Source of the DNA: Planctomycetota bacterium
GTDB taxonomy: Bacteria; Planctomycetota; GCA-002687715; DRQF01
Direction: 5' to 3'
NCBI GenBank assembly: GCA_036479435.1
Contig: JAZGFI010000160.1
Span: 1 to 16,658 of the forward strand
Length of the DNA: 16,658 bases
Part shown: positions 13,208-16,658 of the stretch, piece by piece
Layout: the number at the start of each line of letters is the position of its first letter
How positions within the stretch are numbered: the stretch's first letter is position 1
Notes under the pieces: model-generated
The model's input: only the letters and a program-made list of their open reading frames with translations
Database searches by the model: none
Told to the model about the DNA's origin: nothing
Program-made: the position numbers and the translations under genes

Positions 13208-15895
13208 ATGAGCAGTAACGCCCTAGTATTCAAAGGCCTCATCGACAAACTTCATGAGGTCTGCGACAAGACTCTCAATGCGGCGGCGGCCTACTGCATC
13301 TCTCGAACGCACTACAACGTCGAGATAGAACATTGGATCATCAAGCTTATCGACGAACTCGATTGCGACATCTCGGCTCTGTTTCGGTTCTACGGCGTCA
13401 ACGTTGGCGAGCTCCGACATCAGCTCGAAGTAGCCATTGACGGCTTCAAGAGCGGCAACAGCAGAAACCCCGGTTTCTCTGAAGATCTCGTGGAGTTAAC
13501 CCAAAACGCTTGGGTCCACGGCTCCTTAGAATTCGGGTCGCGACGGCTTCGTTCGGGACATCTACTCTTTGCTCTTCTCGACGATCGGCGACGAGAACTG
13601 CCCCACGAACTTCGCAAGATAAGCGTCGATTCTCTTCGGGAAGACATGGCCGACGTCATCGCGGAAACGAGTGAGGCTCAGTCTTCAGCATCCGATGGCG
13701 ACACATCAAGCCAATCGCCCGACGACCATGCGCAGCATTCTGGCTCCAAGACACCTGCTCTCGACCAATTCACAACGGACCTCACTGCCGCCGCGCGTGA
13801 GGGAAAGATCGACCCCGTCTTGGGGCGTGATCCTGAAATTCGGCAGATCGCCGATGTACTACTTAGGCGCCGTCAAAATAATCCGATCCTCACGGGTGAA
13901 GCCGGAGTCGGCAAGACTGCCGTCGTCGAGGGCTTTGCTCGGAGAATCGCCGAGGGTGATGTTCCGGAGCCACTCCAAAACGTCTCCATCCGCAGTCTTG
14001 ACCTTGGTCTTCTGCAAGCAGGTGCCGGAATACGCGGCGAGTTCGAAAACCGTCTCAAATCTGTCATCGCGGAAGTGAAGGGCTCCGCGCAACCCATCAT
14101 TCTCTTCATCGATGAAGCGCACACCATGATTGGAGCGGGCGCGGCGGGCGGCCAAGGCGATGCCGCCAATCTGCTGAAGCCAGCCTTGGCTCGCGGAGAA
14201 CTTCGGACAATCGCAGCCACAACCTGGGCCGAGTACAAAGAGTTCTTCGAGAAGGACGCTGCACTTTCGCGACGCTTTCAAATTGTCAAAGTCGAAGAGC
14301 CCACCGAGTCTGTAGCCATCGATATCTTGCGGGGACTTACGGCGACCCTGGAAGACCACCACAAAGTTCGCATCCTAGACCAAGCACTTCATGACGCCGT
14401 CCACCTCTCCAAGCGCTACATTTCAGGGCGGCAGCTTCCTGACAAGGCAATCAGCCTTTTGGACACTGCATGCTCAAGAGTCAGCATGAGTCGAGCCGCG
14501 ACACCCCCTGCCATCGAAGACTGCCAACGTCGCCTCGAACACATCGATGTTGCGGTTCGCATCTTGAGTCGCGAAGACGCCTCGGGCCGGGACCGAAAAC
14601 TCGAAATTGAGGAACAGCACCAAGAGCGCCGGTCCGTCGAACAACAACTCTCGAAGCTCGAGGAACGATGGAATGAAGAGCGAGAAATCATTGCGGACAT
14701 GGACTGTCTAATCGCAAAGCTCCTCGACGAACCCAGCTTCAAGAATACTGAGGCTGACGACGAAGCACCGGCCGCAGAAGGCCAAGAACTTGACCGCGAC
14801 GCCGCTTGCACCGAACTCGCCAACCTGCGATCCCGCCTCGAAGAACTCCAGGGCGACAAGCCGATGCTCTATCCAGAAGTGGACGAAGCCGCGGTCGCTG
14901 AAATCGTCTCCAACTGGACCGGCGTCCCCCTCGGCCGGGTGGTGCAAAACGAACTCAGCACGGTCCTTGAACTCGAAAACCAGCTCCGTGAGCGTGTCAT
15001 CGGGCAGGACCACGCTCTGCGCACCATCGCTGAAAGAATCCGCTCTTCCCGCGCTGGCCTCAACGATCCCCGCAAGCCCACTGGCGTCTTTCTCTTCGTT
15101 GGCCCTAGCGGTGTCGGCAAGACAGAAACAGCTCACGCCCTCGCCGACCTCCTCTACGGCGGCGACCAAAACATGACCGTCATCAACATGTCAGAGTACA
15201 AAGAAGAGCATCGAATCGCGGGACTTGTCGGCGCCCCTCCCGGCTACGTCGGTTACGGAAAGGGTGGCGTCCTCACCGAAGCCGTGCGCCGCCGCCCCTA
15301 TTCAATCGTGCTCTTGGACGAGATCGAAAAAGCACACCCCGGTGTCCAAGATATTTTCTACCAGGCCTTCGACAAGGGCTCCATGCGCGACGGAGACGGC
15401 CTCGACATCGACTTCAAAAACGTCATCTTCATTCTCACCTCCAACGCCGGAGCTGAACAAATCGAAAGCTGGTGCCTCGATCCCGACACCCGCCCCACGC
15501 CCGAAGCCCTCACATCCCAACTAGGCGAAAAACTTCGCACCGAACCCAGCCTCAGCTCCCCATCACAACCCGCCTTCAACGCCGCCTTCCTCTCCAGAAC
15601 AACCCTGGTCCCCTACTATCCCTTAGGCCAACCTGAACTCGAACAAATCGCCCGCATGCATCTCGACAAACTTGTCGCCCGCCTCGCCATCCAAGGTCAC
15701 ACCTTGACCTACACCGACGGAGCCCTCAAAGAACTCCCCAAACGCGCCGCCTCAACAGCAGCCGTAGGCGCAAGGATGATCGAGAACATCATCGCCAAGG
15801 AACTCTTGCCACTACTCTCCGTCGAACTCCTCGGGCAAGAGTCTATTCGGCAAATTGAGATCGACTTCGGCGGCGAACGCTTCGAGGTCAGATAG
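13208..15895 (+). CDS. tssH: T6SS AAA+ ATPase TssH/ClpV
   Basis: ClpV-type N-terminus (LIDKL...C..TL.AAAAYC.SRTHYNVEIEHW), LLRRRQNNPILTGEAGVGKT (Walker A), LFIDEAHT (Walker B), second NBD with GPSGVGKTETA and LLDEIEKAH. SD GAGGA upstream. Confidence 0.97.
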   Translation: MSSNALVFKGLIDKLHEVCDKTLNAAAAYCISRTHYNVEIEHWIIKLIDELDCDISALFRFYGVNVGELRHQLEVAIDGFKSGNSRNPGFSEDLVELTQNAWVHGSLEFGSRRLRSGHLLFALLDDRRRELPHELRKISVDSLREDMADVIAETSEAQSSASDGDTSSQSPDDHAQHSGSKTPALDQFTTDLTAAAREGKIDPVLGRDPEIRQIADVLLRRRQNNPILTGEAGVGKTAVVEGFARRIAEGDVPEPLQNVSIRSLDLGLLQAGAGIRGEFENRLKSVIAEVKGSAQPIILFIDEAHTMIGAGAAGGQGDAANLLKPALARGELRTIAATTWAEYKEFFEKDAALSRRFQIVKVEEPTESVAIDILRGLTATLEDHHKVRILDQALHDAVHLSKRYISGRQLPDKAISLLDTACSRVSMSRAATPPAIEDCQRRLEHIDVAVRILSREDASGRDRKLEIEEQHQERRSVEQQLSKLEERWNEEREIIADMDCLIAKLLDEPSFKNTEADDEAPAAEGQELDRDAACTELANLRSRLEELQGDKPMLYPEVDEAAVAEIVSNWTGVPLGRVVQNELSTVLELENQLRERVIGQDHALRTIAERIRSSRAGLNDPRKPTGVFLFVGPSGVGKTETAHALADLLYGGDQNMTVINMSEYKEEHRIAGLVGAPPGYVGYGKGGVLTEAVRRRPYSIVLLDEIEKAHPGVQDIFYQAFDKGSMRDGDGLDIDFKNVIFILTSNAGAEQIESWCLDPDTRPTPEALTSQLGEKLRTEPSLSSPSQPAFNAAFLSRTTLVPYYPLGQPELEQIARMHLDKLVARLAIQGHTLTYTDGALKELPKRAASTAAVGARMIENIIAKELLPLLSVELLGQESIRQIEIDFGGERFEVR

Positions 15896-16073
15896 TTCGA
15901 CTCAAAGGTCATGGGAGAGGTTCGAGTAGCCACCGGGGCGAACGAAAACTTGAGGCCCTGCGACTATGAGCTTCAAAATCGCCTCGTGAGGCACAGCTAT
16001 TGTCATCCAGTCATGAAGGTCAATCATCGGCGATGCTGGCCTCCCCTCGCAGTATATTACGTGGCGATGGCGA

Positions 16074-16531
16074 TCACCTAATCTTGTCGATTGCTTTCTT
16101 GAGCGTTTCAGTAATCGGCGGCGAGAGATCCTCCTTGATCAAGCCAATCGATGTCGGCCTAAAAATGGTGCTCCAAACCAATTATCTAATCTCTTCGAAG
16201 TTGTCGCCATTCGACTCCGTGACGGTTTTGGTTTCCTTCGACTTGCCGTTATCGTCAACTTCTGATCTTAGCTCGGTGACAACGTTACCCTTTCGGGGAT
16301 GTTCACCTTCCGACTTCAACAGTGCGAGATAGGATTCGATCAAGATCTTCTTCTCTTCTGCTTCTCGGCGACCGTGCAAGTTACTCATGGTCATTCGAGA
16401 AAAGAATTCAGTACCCAGAAACTCAACACGGTCGCCAACAAGCCGAGAGCAATTCTGGGATACATTTCAGGTGTCAATCCATTGCTGCCTGCATCTGGAA
16501 AAGAGGAGACGTTGACGAACCCAGCAATCAA
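16074..16531 (-). pseudogene. Disrupted DUF6161-like membrane protein gene (C-terminal part only)
   Basis: Reconstruction: LIAGFVN...MYPRIALGLLATVLSFWVL / one base missing near 16407 / FFSRMTMSNLHGRREAEEKKILIESYLALL...EEIR / in-frame TAA 16184-16182 / LVWSTIFRPTSIGLIKEDLSPPITETLKKAIDKIR, stop TGA 16076-16074. The motifs S.LH...AEE....YLAL and FRP...GL.K.D match my recollection of DUF6161. The 5' boundary is approximate. Confidence 0.65.
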
Positions 16532-16538
16532 GTGTAGA

Positions 16539-16587
16539 CGGCGGTTGATACCTGCGCGTAGATGGCGCTTTGCGCGTATGACCGCCG
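16539..16587. repeat. Imperfect inverted repeat / hairpin
   Basis: Nested arms: CGGCGGT 16539-16545 with ACCGCCG 16581-16587, ATAC 16548-16551 with GTAT 16576-16579, and GCGC 16554-16557 with GCGC 16572-16575. Confidence 0.5.
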
Positions 16588-16658
16588 CGTTTATGGTCCA
16601 CGTTAACTGGGCACCGAATTATCAATTGGCGTAGAGGTAGAGGTGCGGATGAGATCGA

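Noticed and set aside
13208..15895. Calling the ATPase ClpB
   Set aside because: The ClpV-type N-terminus, the RRRQNNPIL and GVGKTETA motifs and the operon context indicate TssH/ClpV.
3602..15933. Many antisense and alternate-frame ORFs inside the T6SS operon (e.g. 3818..4306, 7132..7698, 8908..9492, 9570..10214, 13859..14362)
   Set aside because: They are shadows of well-supported genes. None resembles Hcp, PAAR, an effector or an immunity protein.
15896..16073. Rho-independent terminator after clpV
   Set aside because: I found no convincing GC stem followed by a T-run.
16000..16634. Plus-strand ORFs 16000..16332, 16299..16634 and 16322..16537
   Set aside because: They are antisense to the better-supported minus-strand pseudogene and have no recognisable motifs.
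1..16658. CRISPR arrays, tRNA/rRNA genes, transposases or integrases
   Set aside because: I saw no regularly spaced repeats, RNA-gene signatures or recombinase/transposase motifs, and the window is almost entirely protein-coding.

Overview
Bacterial window dominated by a tightly packed + strand type VI secretion (T6SS) operon at 3421-15895: a small hypothetical gene, a FliA/WhiG-like sigma factor, then tssA, tssB, tssC, a second divergent tssC, tagJ, tssE, tssF, tssG and tssH/clpV. No hcp, vgrG, PAAR, tssK or membrane-complex genes (tssJ/L/M) are recognisable in the window. To the left are a 5'-truncated extended-SDR-like/SAM-methyltransferase fusion gene, a - strand type IV (AbiE-like) toxin-antitoxin pair and a small putative membrane-protein gene. 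To the right is a disrupted DUF6161-like pseudogene and an imperfect hairpin. Most notable: (i) a 40-aa CxxC-x18-CxxC zinc-ribbon-like insertion in the second TssC; (ii) a sigma factor with a translationally coupled small protein heading the T6SS operon; (iii) an exact sigma-28 consensus promoter (TAAA-N15-GCCGATAA) in front of the neighbouring toxin-antitoxin pair; (iv) two abutting sigma-54-like motifs upstream of the T6SS operon; (v) an apparent in-frame deletion in the toxin. Family calls come from motif recognition by eye, not database searches. A Planctomycetota-like origin is only a guess from recalled gene order.
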